The notes under the pieces: model-generated
Seen by the model: only the letters and a program-made list of their open reading frames with translations
Database searches by the model: none
Told to the model about the DNA's origin: nothing
Translations under genes and position numbers: made by a program
Source of the DNA: Camelus ferus
Lineage: Eukaryota
Reading direction: 5' to 3'
Assembly: GCF_009834535.1 (NCBI RefSeq)
Contig: NC_045696.1
Location: 37,016,001 to 37,080,000 of the forward strand
Length of the DNA stretch: 64,000 nucleotides
Shown here: positions 1 to 12,714 of the stretch, piece by piece
Numbering within the stretch: position 1 is the first letter of the stretch
How the letters are laid out: each line of letters starts with the position of its first letter

Positions 1-22
1 TATGGCTAATATTCCATTCTAT

Positions 23-26
<4 letters not shown>

Positions 27-52
<26 letters not shown>
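27..52. repeat. (AC)13 microsatellite inside L1
   Basis: Read directly. Confidence 0.95.
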
Positions 53-53
<1 letters not shown>

Positions 54-2109
54 AATATATACTACATCTTCTCTATCCAGTCATCTGTCAATGGACACTT
101 AGTTTGCTTCCATGTCTTGGCTATTGTAAATAGAGCTACTATGAACATTGGGGTGCATGGATTTTTTCAAATTAGAATTTTCATCTTTTCTGGATATATG
201 CCCAGGAATAGAATTGCTGGATCATATGGTCACTCTCTTTTTAATTTTTTTAAGAAACCTCCATACTGTTTTCCATATGGCTGCACCAAATTACATTCTC
301 ACAAGCAGTGTAGGAAAGTCCCTTTTCTCCACACTTTTTCCAGCATTCATTATTTGCAGACTTTATGTTGATGGCCATTCTGACTGGTGTGAGGTGATAC
401 CTCATTGTAGTTCTGATACGCATTTTTCTAATAATTAGCATTGTCAAGCATCTCTTCCTGTGCCTGTTGGCCATCTGTATGTCTTCTTTGGATAAATGTC
501 TATTTAGGACATCTCCCCATTTTTATTGGGTTGTTTGTTTTTTTGATATTGAGCTGTGTGAACTGTTAGTATATTTTGGAAATTAAGCCCTTGTTGGTTG
601 CATTGTTTGTAAATATATTCTCCCATTCTATAGATTGTCTTTTCTTTTTGTTTATGATTTCCTTTGCTCTGCGAAAGCTTGTAAGTTTGATTAGGTCTCA
701 TTTGTTTAATTTTGCTTTTATTTATTTTTCCTTGGGAGACTAACCTAAGAAAACATTGCTACAAGTTATGTCAGAAAATGTTTTGCCTGTGTTCTCTTGT
801 AGGCCTTTTATGATGTCCTCTCTTATACTTAAGGCTTTAAGACATTTTGAGTTTATTTTCATGTATCATGTGAGGGAATATTCTTACTTCACTGATTTAC
901 ATGCAGCTGTCCAGCTTTCCCAACACCACTTGCCAAAGAGGCTGTCTTTTCTCCATGGTATATTCTTGCCTCCTTTGTCAAAGATTAATTGACTGTAGGT
1001 GTTTGGGTTTATTTCTGGGCTCTCTATTCTGTTCCATTGATTAATATGTCTATTTTGGGGTCAATACCATGTTGTTTGGATTACTGTATCTTTGTAGTAT
1101 TGTCTGAAGTCTAGAAGGGTTATGCCTCTAGTTTTGTTCTTTTTCCCCAGGATTGCTTTGGCAATTCTGGGTCTTTTGTGGTTCCATGGAAATTTTAGGA
1201 ATATTTGTTCTAGTTCTGTGAAAAATGTCATAGATAATTTGATAGGAATTGCATTAAATCTGTAGATTGTTTTGGGTAGTATGGCCTTTAACAATATCAA
1301 TTCTTCCAATCCAAGAGCATGGGATATCTTTCCATTTCTTTGAATCATCTTCAGTCTCCTATATCAATGTCTTATAGTTCTCAGTGTTCAAGTCTTTCAC
1401 CTTTTGGTCAGGTTTGTTCCTAGGGTTTTTCTTTGTGTAATTTCCAGAGTTTTATTTTCTTTTTCTGATATTTTATTATTAGTATAAAAACCGCAACAGG
1501 TTTCTATATATTAATTTTGTATCCTGCTACCTCGTTGAATTTACTCATCAGTTTTAATAGTCTTTGGTTGGACTCTTCTATATAGAGAATCCTGTCATCT
1601 GCATGTAATGACAGTTTTACCTCTTTCCTCTCAACTTAGATAACTTTTATTTATTTTTCTTGTTTGACTTGTGTGGCTAGGACTTCCAAGACTACGTTGA
1701 TTAGAAGTGGTGAGAATGCGTTTGTTCCAGATTTTAGCGGGAAGCCTTTCAGCTTTTTACCGTTGAATATTCTATTGTCTGTGGATTTGTCATAAATAGC
1801 CTTTATTATGTTGAGACATGTTCCCTTTATACCAATTTTAGTGAGAGTTTTTATCATGAATAGATGTTGAATTTTATCAAATGTTTTTTCTGTATCTATT
1901 GAGATGATTGTGTGTGTGTGTGTTTCTTTTGTTTATGCGGTGTATCACATTGAGTAATTTGTGTGTGTTGACCATCCTTTGACACTGGAATGAATCCAAG
2001 TTGATCATAGTGTACAACCCTTTTAATATGTTGTTGGATTTGATTTGTTAATATTTTCTTGAGGATTTTTACATCTATATTTATCAAAGATATTGGCCTG
2101 TAGTTTTCG

Positions 2110-2162
2110 TTTTTCTTTTCTTTTCTTTTTCTTTCTTCCTTTCTTCCTTTCTTCCTTTCTTC

Positions 2163-2253
<91 letters not shown>

Positions 2254-2255
2254 TT
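2110..2255. repeat. Compound (TTTC)n/(TTCC)n microsatellite expanded inside L1 ORF2
   Basis: Read directly; produces the KERK run in ORF 2084..2404 at the TTKKENYRP position of ORF2. Confidence 0.95.
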
Positions 2256-2744
2256 GTAGTGTCTTTATCTAGTTTTGGTATCAGGGTGATGAGAGCTTCA
2301 TAGAATGACTTTGGGAGGGTTCCCTTCTCTTCAATCTTATAAAAGAGTTTGAAAAGCATCAGTATAATTCTTGTATGTTTGGTAGAGTTCCCTAGTGAAG
2401 CCATTCAGTCCTAGACTTTTGATTGTGGGGAGTTTTTTATTTATTTTTTTATTAGAGATTCTATTTCACTTTTGGTGATTGGTTTGTTCAAATTATCTAC
2501 TTCTTTTTGATTCAGTTTTGGTGGACTATATGTTTCTAGAAACTTGTCCATTTCTTCTATGTTGTCCAATTTGTTGTCATATAATTGTTCATAGTATTCT
2601 CATGAGTTCTTAAATTTCTATTGTTATCTGTTGTTATTTCTCCTCCTTCATTTCTTATTTTGTTTGAATTCTCTCTCTTTTCTTCTTGGTGAGCCTGGCA
2701 GAGGGTTGTCAATTTTGTTTATCCTTTAAAAAAAAACAGCTTAT

Positions 2745-3035
2745 ATATATTTGAGCTTACATGACTACCAGTCTAAAGTCGATATAGTGATAGGTTAACA
2801 TAGTTGAAAATCAGCTAACCACAAATCAAAAACTTAAAATAGATTCACAAAAACCAAAAAGAAAAGAAGTCAAGCATAGTACAAAAGAAAACCATCAAAC
2901 TGAAAAAGGAAAAACAAAAAGAAAAAGAAAAAGAAAAAAGAAGAAATACAAAATAACTGGAAAACAAGGTTTAAAATGGCAATCAATACATACCTATCAA
3001 TAATTACTTTAAATGTCAATAGACTAAATACTTAA
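2745..3035 (+). mobile_element. Inverted LINE-1 segment (inter-ORF spacer plus start of ORF2)
   Basis: 2976-3029 translates MAINTYLSIITLNVNRLN, matching the ORF2 start [18 protein letters not shown] at 11419; upstream part resembles the inter-ORF region of the 43.8 kb L1. Confidence 0.9.
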
Positions 3036-3199
3036 AAAAATTGATATGTGTATTTACAAATATGACATGATTTTAATCCTCTTAGTTTTATTTAACAGGA
3101 TCATCAATCAGTAATGATAGTGAGTATATGGTCACATTTCATGTATTCATATCAATTTTTCATTGAAGAAAATTCAAATGATAAGACTATTAAAAAATT

Positions 3200-3570
3200 C
3201 CTCTGTATCAAACACAGCACACTAGATTATGCTGAAGTGGCTAAAAACAACAAGATCTATTTATCTTTACATTGCATGTCCATTGTGAATTAGCTGGGGC
3301 CTCTGATCCAATTCCATTTCAATCAATAATGCAGGAGATGTAGCTTCTGCTGCCTAGAAAACCAGTCACTGTGGTAATAAAAAGGGACTGGATGGATTAT
3401 ACACTCAGTCTTAAATATTTATGCTTGAATGTTACATGTGAATTTTGCTCTTATTTCATTGACCATAGCAAATCACATGGTTTTTTCTAATTCAAGAGTG
3501 TGGAAAAGCAATCTTCTTACTTAAGTCAAAGGAAGGAATATTATTCCCGAACAACTCTAAATTTTATCAG
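3200..3570. mobile_element. Ancient MaLR (MLT1-type) LTR remnant
   Basis: Motif ttcattgaccatagcaaatcacatgg and flanks resemble old MLT1 LTR consensus as I recall it. Confidence 0.55.
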
Positions 3571-6329
3571 ATTCTCCTTTTTACCAAAACCAAAGAGAAA
3601 ATATTAATAATAAGCAAAATTTCATGGGAAATTGGCTAACATATATATTAATATGTGAATTTCTATTTGAGCATACTAGTAATGATAAACCTAATTATCA
3701 CCTCAATCTTAATCTGTTTCATGGTGACTAACATCACTTAGGACCCAGGAAAAATCTCTACATTACTTGGCATATATCTTTGAAAGGGAAGTTGATTGCG
3801 TCTGAAAGTCCTGAAATACTGTCAGTGGTGTTAGACAGTGATATTAGAGACAGAGAAAACTTCAGGTTACAAAGAAGAATTAGGGAAGCAGAGCCTTTTA
3901 ATTTGTTTTTTCTAAAATATGTTTGAGTTGTTACATTTCATTATTTTCCAGCTTCACTGACGTATAATTAACAAACAAAAATTGTATTTATTTAGCAGAA
4001 TCTTAAGTTAGAGAATTACAAATTTATTTATTTGTCACATTTTTCTCTCAGATAGCTGAAAGCCCTAAATAACCCAGAATTATTTTTAAGTTGGGTAAGG
4101 TGTCCATTTTCTTGCTTCATGTGATTCTGCAAGTAATATGCATTATAAAATGCAGTAATATAATGTGCTATATATGTTAGTATAATATGCATTATAATAT
4201 GCATATATATGTGATTCTGGAAGTAATATGCATTAATGTAATACATCAAAATTGCACTTCACATCTGCAGAACATATTGCAATATTACTTCATTACTTGT
4301 AAATTTGTCCATATATAGAATTTGTCCATATATAGGTTGAGGGTTACTTAATTGAAATATAATTTTTTATGCTGACAACCAAATGGACTATGAATGGTAA
4401 AACAATTAAAGTTTTACTTGAATAAAATCATTTAAAAAATTATAATTAAATTTTCAAAAACTTAAAGTGTCAGTTTTATTTACTTAATTTTTAGTTAAAG
4501 ATTGTGATATATATCAACTAAATTGTTTTCTTTAAATATTTATAATTTCAAATATTTAAACAAGAAAATTATTATTAGAATATATACATAAGAGTGATTT
4601 TTGAGTTGATACAGTCAGATGATATTTTTAATTGATTATAAATTTGAAGATTCAAATACAAATGCATTTTATTTTAAAATCTTTATTACTAAATGAATCC
4701 AAATATGAAAAAGTATAACTACATAATTATTGTTCAAAATAAAAATAAGAAATACATTTTATGTAATCTGTAATATCTTAAATGTGTGTGTTTATTTATT
4801 ATTTATTCAGTAACATTACCAAACTATGAGAACATACTACCCATATTATAATAATTAAATTCTCTCTTTATTTTTTGCTTACTTATAGAAAAATCATATT
4901 TTCTTTTTTTGTCAATGTGGATGCATGTTTTCAAAGTAGGTAGATATGTCACATTTTATTTAACTGTTACTTTTTTTTTTTTTTTTAGTGTTTAGAAGTA
5001 TGTTATGTGGCCACATTTGTATTTTTGTCCCAGTCTCTGCACAAGTTAGAGGTAATCTTGTTTCCAATATTTTTCCACCTTTCATAACACTTCTCAGTCT
5101 CCTACAATGTATCCTTCTGTTATTCAGAACCTCTCATTCTTTCAGTTCCACTGGACTGAGCTTTTTGATAGCATTTTCTCCCTATTTACATGTACCATCT
5201 AGAACAAGGGGTGGGCCAAATACAATCCACTGCCTGTTTTCCTAAGGCTTGTGATCTAAGAATAGTTTAATGATGTGTGAAAAGACCACAGGGAGCCTAG
5301 AAAATGTTAAACTGACTGTACCTGAGTTGTTCTATGTTATGAGTATGTTTTGGCAAAAATCTCATACAGTGAATAAAACAACTAATTTCTGTAAATATGT
5401 CTGCTTCAGTTTAAAAAAAAATCAACAACAAACTGAAAGGACTTTCTCACTTTTCAAATTAAAACTATTACTTATTTGGAATCCAACTTTGACTTCACAA
5501 GGTCACATTATCCCTATGTTTAAAAACCTTTTCTCTGAAAAGAGATGTATAACCTAACATGACATCCAGTATGTCGCTGAGTGTTTAAAATGATGAACAT
5601 TTTAGACACAGTCCATTTGATGAATTTAAGATGCAAAATACCTAAGTGACAAACAGCTGGTCTGCAAAACAAGTCTGTAGATATAAGTGGCTGGCATTTT
5701 TGGAGATCTGGAAACTAATTCCTGCTGGATCTAAACCTACAGTTGCTGGTAAATAAAAACCCTAGGTATGCCATGTTCAGATGCTTCCATCCAGAGGCAC
5801 TGTTGCTAATGTCATCATATTACAGTGACATTAGGAATCAATGTAATGTGGATTTTTTTAAAAGAGCTACAGTTGGGCATAATTTTGTCTTTGACTTTAT
5901 TCAGTTTTACCAATCCATCCAAAATAGAAGAAGGAGAAGGACAAGAAGAAGGAAAAAAAGAAGGAGGACAAGTGGGAGAAAGAGGTGGTTCTAAAGGCTA
6001 CAGGCAGCTCAGAGAGGTGTTTTTGGAAAAGAAAATGAAAAGTAAAAATATTTTACTGTATTATGGGACAAAAACTTATTTTTTTTTAATTAAAAACAGT
6101 CATTTGCTGTTTGATTATTTCTATTGTATTTACATTCTCTTTTTAAAAATTTTACATTTATGTACCTTAAGGGCTATAAAATTTAATATTTGATAGTTTA
6201 AAGAAGAAATTAAATAAATTTCTCTATTAGAGGACAGAAATATTATAAAGTATTTTTATATTCTTCTCACACTTATTATTTGTTTAGTTTATCCTAACTG
6301 GCACTGTTTAGTCTTACTATTTTTGTTTA

Positions 6330-7272
6330 AATAATAATAACATTTATATTAACAGAAAACTGAAAAATATAGCAAAATGTACAATATCAAATAAATAACT
6401 GTTTTCACATATTTATGCTAAGGTAATAGCAATTTTGTCTACAAATTTTACCATATATTATATCATCATGCTTTGGTAAAGTTTAGTAAGGCTAACTGGC
6501 TCTGTAAAATATTAGTTACCCAAAAGATGCAGTTATATTAGTATCAACTGAAATTTTACAGTTTTCATTTCAAAAGAATGAATCAAATTGAGAAACATGA
6601 CAAAACTGATCAGTAAATATAAGTATTGATGCAAATTACCTATAATGGGAAAAAGGATTCTCTGATTAGGTAGATACCAAAGTTAATGAAAGAGTAATAT
6701 GAACACATTTTTGCCAAAAATTGTAAAATAATTACGACATGTGTGAATATGAAAATATATAACTTTCTAAAAATGATATAAGGAGAACTATAAAAATGAT
6801 ATAAGGAGAAGGCCAGAAACATCAAATCATAATTAATCTAATTATTTTTTTCCACAGGAAGTAATCAATGCTCAGTATAAATCTTATCAAATATTTAAGA
6901 AAAAAATTCAACTCATCACACGCTTTTTTGGAGAATGCCAAAAGAAGGTACACTTTCCATCCTATTTGTTGAGCCAATAAAATTTGAATAGCATTGACTC
7001 AGAAGAGCACGGAAAGCAAAACCGCAACTTGTTATTCCAATGGACGTGGATGTAAAGATTACAAACAATGTGCGTGTTAATTCAGTACATCAGCATGTCA
7101 AGAAATAATTAATGGTTTTATCATAGAAAAGTGAAATTGGTTTAACATTAACCAATAAATGTACTTATAAGATTCATATTTAATAAAGAAAAAGTATATA
7201 ATCAGATAGATGCAAATATAGAGTAAAAAAATTTTCACATTTACTTATTATACAAATTCCTAACAAACTAGG
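6330..7272 (+). mobile_element. Very old LINE-1 ORF2 (RT region) relic, interrupted by the younger L1
   Basis: Degenerate RT-region DNA (gaaggtacactttcc, atggacgtggatgtaaag, atagatgcaaa, ctaacaaactagg) in the expected order. Confidence 0.65.
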
Positions 7273-7617
7273 TTTTTTTTTTCTTTTGTTTTATTTTTGT
7301 TTTTTTTAACATTTTTTATTGATTTATAATCATTTTACAATGTTGTGTCAAATTCCAGTGTTCAGCACAATTTTTCAGTTATTCATGGACATATACACCC
7401 TCATTGTCACATTTTTTTCTCTGTGAGTTATCATAACATTTTGTGTATATTTCCCTGTGCTATACAGTGTAGTCTGTACTACAATTTTGAAATCCCAGTC
7501 TATCCCTTCCCACCCTCCACCCCCCTGGTAACCACAAGTCTGTATTCTCTGTGAGTCTATTTCTGTCCTTTATTTACGCTTTGTTTTTGTTTGTTTGTTT
7601 GTTTTTGTTTTTGTTTT

Positions 7618-10600
7618 TTAGATTCCACATATGAGCAATATCATATGGTATTTTTCTTTCTCTTTCTGCCTTACTTCACTTAGAATGACATTCTCCAGGA
7701 GCATCCATGTTGCTGCAAATGGCATTATGTTGTCGGTTTTTATGGCTGAGTAGTATTCCATTGTATAAATATACCACCTCTTCTTTATCCAGTCACCTGT
7801 TGATGGACATTTAGGCTGTTTCCATGTTTTGGCTATTGTAAATAGCGCTGCTATGAACATTGGGGTGCAGGTGTCATCCTGAAGTAGATTTCCTTCTGGC
7901 TACAAGCCAAGGAATGGGATTCCTGGGTCATATGGTAAGTCTATTCCTAGTCTTTTGAGGAATCTCCACACTGTTTTCCATAGTGGCTGCACCAAACTGC
8001 ATTCCCACCAGCAGTGTAGGAGGGTTCCCCTTTCTCCACAGCCTCTCCAGCATTTGTCATTTGTGGATTTTTGAATGACGGCCATTCTGACTGGTGTGAG
8101 GTGATACCTCATGGTAGTTTTGATTTGCATTTCTCTGATAATTAGTGATATTGAGCATTTTTTCATGTGCTTTTTGATCATTTGTATGTCTTCCTTGGAG
8201 AATTGCTCGTTTAGGTCTTCTGCCCATTTTTGGATTGGGTTGTTTATTTTTTTCTTATTGAGTCGTATGAGCTGCTTATATATTCTGGAGATCAAGCCTT
8301 TGTCGGTTTCACTTGCAAAAATTTTCTCCCATTCCGTAGGTTTTCTTCTTGTTTTATTTCTGGTTTCCTTTTGCTGTGCAGAAGCGTGTAAGTTTCATTA
8401 GGTCCCATTTGTTTATTCTTGCTTTTATTTCTTCTAGGAGAAAATTTTTAAATGTATGTCAGATAATGTTTTGCCTATGTTTTCCTCTAGGAGGTTTATT
8501 GTATCTTGTCTTATGTTTAAGTCTTTAATCCATTTTGAGTTGATTTTTGTATATGGTGTAAGGGAGTGTTCTAGCTTCATTGTTTTACATGCTGCTGTCC
8601 AGTTTTCCCAACACCATTTGCTGAAGAGACTGTCTTTATTCCAATGTATATTCTTGCCTCCTTTGTCAACGATGAGTTGACCAAAAGTTTGTGGGTTCAT
8701 TTCTGGGCTCTCTATTCTGTTCCATTGGCCTATATGTCTGTTTTGGTACCAATACCATGATGTCTTGATGACTGTAGCTCTATAGTATTGTCTGAAGTAA
8801 GTCTGGGAGAGTTATTCCTCCAGCCTCTTTCTTTCTCTTCAGTAATGCTATGGCAATTCTAGATCTTTGATGGTTCCATATGAATTTTATCATGATTTTT
8901 TCTAGTGCTGTGAAATATGTCCTGGGTAATTGGATAGGGATTGTATTAAATCTGTAGATTGCATTGGGCAGTGTGACCATTTTAACAATATTGATTCTTC
9001 CAATCCAAGAGCATGGAATATCTTTCCATTTTTTAAAGTCTTCTTTAATTTCCTTCATCAATGGTTTATACTTTTCTGTGTATAATTCTTTCACCTCCTT
9101 GGTTAGATTTATTCCCAGATATTTTATTACTTTGGATGCCATTTTAAAGGGGATTGTTTCTTTACTTTCTTCTTCTGTTGATTTATCATTAGTGTAAAGA
9201 AATGCAACTGATTTTTGAACGTTAATTTTGTAACCTGCTACCTTGCTGAATTCTTCAATCAGCTCTAGTAGCTTTTGTGTGGACCTTTTAGGGTTTTCTG
9301 TATATAGTAACATGTCATCAGCATATAATGACACTTTTACCTCTTCTTTTCCAATTTGGATCCCTTTTATTTCTTTCTCTTGCCTGACTGCTGTGGCTAG
9401 GACTTCCAGGGCTATGTTGAATAGGAGTGGTGATAGTGGGCATCCTTGTCTTGTCCCAGATTTTAGTGGGAAGCTTTTGAGTTTTTCACCGTTGAGTACT
9501 ATGCTGGCTGTAGGTTTGTCATATATAGCTTTTATTATGTTGAGATATGTTCCCTCTATACCCACTTTGGCGAGAGTTTTTATCATAAATGGGTGTTGAA
9601 TTTTATCAAATGCTTTTTCTGCATCGATTGAGATGATCATGTGGTTTTTGTCCTTTCTCTTGTTGATGTGATGTATTACACTGATTGATTTGTGTATGTT
9701 GAACCAGCCTGGTGTCCCTGGGATGAACCCCACTTGGTCATGATGTATAATCCTTTTTATGTGTTGTTGGATTCTATTTGCTAAAATTTTGGTGAGGATT
9801 TTGGCGTCTATGTTCATCAGTGATATTGGCCTATAATTCTCTTTTTTTGTAGCGTCTTTGCCTGGTTTTTGTATCAGGGTGATGGTGGCTTCATAGAATG
9901 AGTTTGGGAGTATTCCCTCCTTTTCAATCATCTGGAAGAGTTTGAGAAGGACTGGTATGAGTTCTTCTTTGTATGTTTGGTAGAATTCCCCGGTGAAGCC
10001 GTCCGGTCCTGGACTTTTATTTGTAGGGAGGTTTTTAATTGCTATTTCTATTTCCTTTCTAGTGATCGGATTGTTCAAGTGTTCAGATTCTTCTTGATTC
10101 AGTTTTGGTGGACAGTATGTTTCCAGAAGCTTGTCCATCTCCTCTAGGTTATCCAGTTTGGTTCCATATAGTTTTTCATAATATTCTCGTATGATATTCT
10201 GTATTTCTATTTTGTTTGTTGTAATTTCTCCATTTTCCTTTCTTATTTTGCTAATTTGTGCTCTCTCTTTTTTCTTCTTTGTGAGTTTGGCCAGAGGTTT
10301 GTCGATTTTATTTACTTTTTCAAAAAATCAGCTTTTGGTTTGGTTGATTTTTTCTATGGTCTTGTTAATCTCTATTGTATTTAATTCCTCTCTGATCTTT
10401 ATTATGTCCTTCCTTCTGCTGCTTTTTGGGGCTTTTTGTTCTTCTTTTTCTAATTCATTCAGGTGGTGGGTTAAATTGTTTATTTGAGATTGTTCTTCTT
10501 TTTTGAGGAAGGCCTGTATCGCTATAAACTTCCCTCTTAGCACTGCCTTTGCTGTGTCCCATAGGTTTTGAGTGGTTGTGCTTTCATTATCATTTGTCTC

Positions 10601-11419
10601 AAGGTATTTTTTAATTTCAGCTTTGATTTCCTCATTGATCCATTGTTTTTTCAATAACATATTGTTTAATCTCCATGCTTTCCTTTTTTTCTCCTTTGTT
10701 TCTCTGTTGTTGATTTCCAGTTTCATGGCATTGTGGTCAGTAAAGATGCTTGAGATAATTTCTATCTTCTTAAAATTGTTGAGGTTTCTTTTGTGCCCAA
10801 GTACATGATCGATCCTGGAGAATGTTCCATGTGCACTTGAAAAGAATGTATATCCTATTTTTTGGGGGTGTAATGCTCTGAAAATATCCACCAAATCTAG
10901 TTTTTCTATTGTAGTATTTAATTTCTCTGTTGCCTTGTTTATTTTCTGTCTGGAAGATCTGTCTAGTGATGTTAATGCAGTGTTAAAATCTCCAACTACG
11001 ATTGTATTCCCATCAATATCCCCCTTTATCTCTGTTAGTAATTCTTGTATGTACTTAGGTGCTCCTATATTGGGTGCATATATATTAACGAGTGTAATAT
11101 CCTCATCTTGTATCACTCCTTTAATCATTATAAAATGTCCTTCTTTATCTTTCTTTATGGCCTTTGTTTTAAAGTCTATTTTGTCTGAAATCAGTACTGC
11201 AACACCTGCTGTTTTGGCTTTTCCATTTGCATGGAATATCCTTTTCCATCCTTTCACTCTCAATCTATATGTGTCCTTCTCCCTAAAGTGGGTCTCTTGT
11301 ATGCAGCATATTGAAGGTTCTTGCTTTATTATCCAGTCTGCCACTCTGTGTCTTTTGACTGGAGCATTTAGTCCATTAACATTTACAGTAATTAATGATA
11401 GATGTGTGTTTATTGCCAT
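7618..11419 (-). pseudogene. L1 ORF2 (APE endonuclease, reverse transcriptase, C-terminal CCHC domain), disrupted
   Basis: EN motifs NVNGLN, IQETH, NIYAPN, GDFNT, SRIDH, TDHN; RT motifs [36 protein letters not shown]>TGA nonsense at 10328-10330, AAGT duplication near 8797, further indels at 8.3-8.45 and 7.9 kb. Confidence 0.97.
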
Positions 11420-11850
11420 TTTGAACTTATCTTTGGAGTTGAATTGGTATATCCTCTTTGTTCCTTTCTTCTTCCTTTTGTGGTTTGGTAATTTTCCTAT
11501 GTATTATCATGGATTTTATTTAATTTTTGTGACTCCTTTGTAAATTTTTGGCTTGTGGTTATCCTTTTTTGTAAATCTATCAACCCATTACTAGAACTGT
11601 TTTTATTAAACTGATAGTAACATGATCTCAAATCCCATCCTACTGTTAAAAAATTTTAAAAAAGAAAGAAAAAAATATTCTATATTTCCCTGCCTCCCTC
11701 TCCCACTCTCAGTGATTTGTATGTCTTCTTTTATAATTTCATGTTTACTTTATTTGTAATTCATGAGTTATCACCTTTCCAGTTGTGTGTTTCTCATTTC
11801 TGTAGCATCCTGCTGCTTTTCTATTTAGAATAGCCCTTTCAATATTTCTT

Positions 11851-12714
11851 TTAGCATGGGTTTAGAGTTGCTAAACTCCTGCAGCTTTTTTTTTTGTCTG
11901 TGAAACTCTTTATTTCTCCTTCTATCCTCAAGGATAGCCTTGCTGGATAAAGGATCCTAGGCTGCATCTTTTTTTCATTCAGGGCTTTGAATATATCTTG
12001 CCACTCCCTTCTGGCCTGTAGTGTTTGTGTAGAGAAATCAGCTGAGAGCCTGATGGGGGTTCCCTTGTAACTTACTCTTTGCTTTTCTCTTGCTGCCTTT
12101 AGAATCATTTCTTTATCCTTGACTCTGGCCATCTTGATCATGGTATGTCTTGGTGTGGGTCTATTTGGGTTCTTCCTGTTTGGGACCCTCTGAGCTTCCT
12201 GTACTCAGATATCTGATTCCAAGTTTGGGAAGTTTTCAGTCATGATTTCTTCAAAAACCTTTTCAATCCCCTTTGATCTTTCTTCTCCGTCTGGGACCCC
12301 TATTATGCGAAGATTGGGATGCTTTATATTATCCCATAGGTCCCTTATTCTATTTTCATTATTTTTTATTTGTTTCTCTTGTAGTTTTTCTGAATGGGTG
12401 CTTTCTATTGCCCTGTTTTCTAGATCACTAATTCGTTCCTCTGCATTATCTAGTCGGCTTTGCACAGCTATTAGATCATTCCTCATCTCAGTCGATGAGT
12501 TTACCCATTCTACTTGGCTCTTCTTTATAGCTTCAATTTCATTTTTGACATATTTTATATCTCTAAACACTATCTCTTTTAATTCCTTCAGCAATTCGAT
12601 CACTCCTTTTTTGAAATCTTGATCTAGTAGGCTATTGATGTCTATTTCGTTGATCTTTCTTTCAGGGGATTTCTCTTGTTCTTTTAATTGGGAAAGGTTT
12701 TTCTGCTTCTTCAT
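11851..12714 (-). pseudogene. L1 ORF1 (coiled coil, RRM, CTD), frameshifted
   Basis: NLRIIGVPDGEE, ENFPNL, ILKAAREK, ARREW, YPARLS motifs split over ORFs 12205..12714 and 11851..12141. Confidence 0.95.

Larger units (their letters stand above)
1..2742 (-). mobile_element. LINE-1, older copy, ORF2 RT-to-C-terminal region, degraded; continues beyond the left edge
   Basis: Minus-strand ORF fragments with L1 ORF2 peptides ([48 protein letters not shown]); collinear with the younger L1 at 7.7-10.3 kb. Confidence 0.95.

Noticed and set aside
2084..2404. KERK-repeat protein
   Set aside because: Translation of a (GAAA)n microsatellite inside a dead L1
5743..6193. Arg-rich and Glu/Gly-rich ORFs
   Set aside because: Arise from a purine-rich low-complexity tract at about 5925-5985
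10935..11543. 202-aa plus-strand ORF and other hydrophobic ORFs at 8111-12622
   Set aside because: Antisense shadows of A-rich L1 coding sequence
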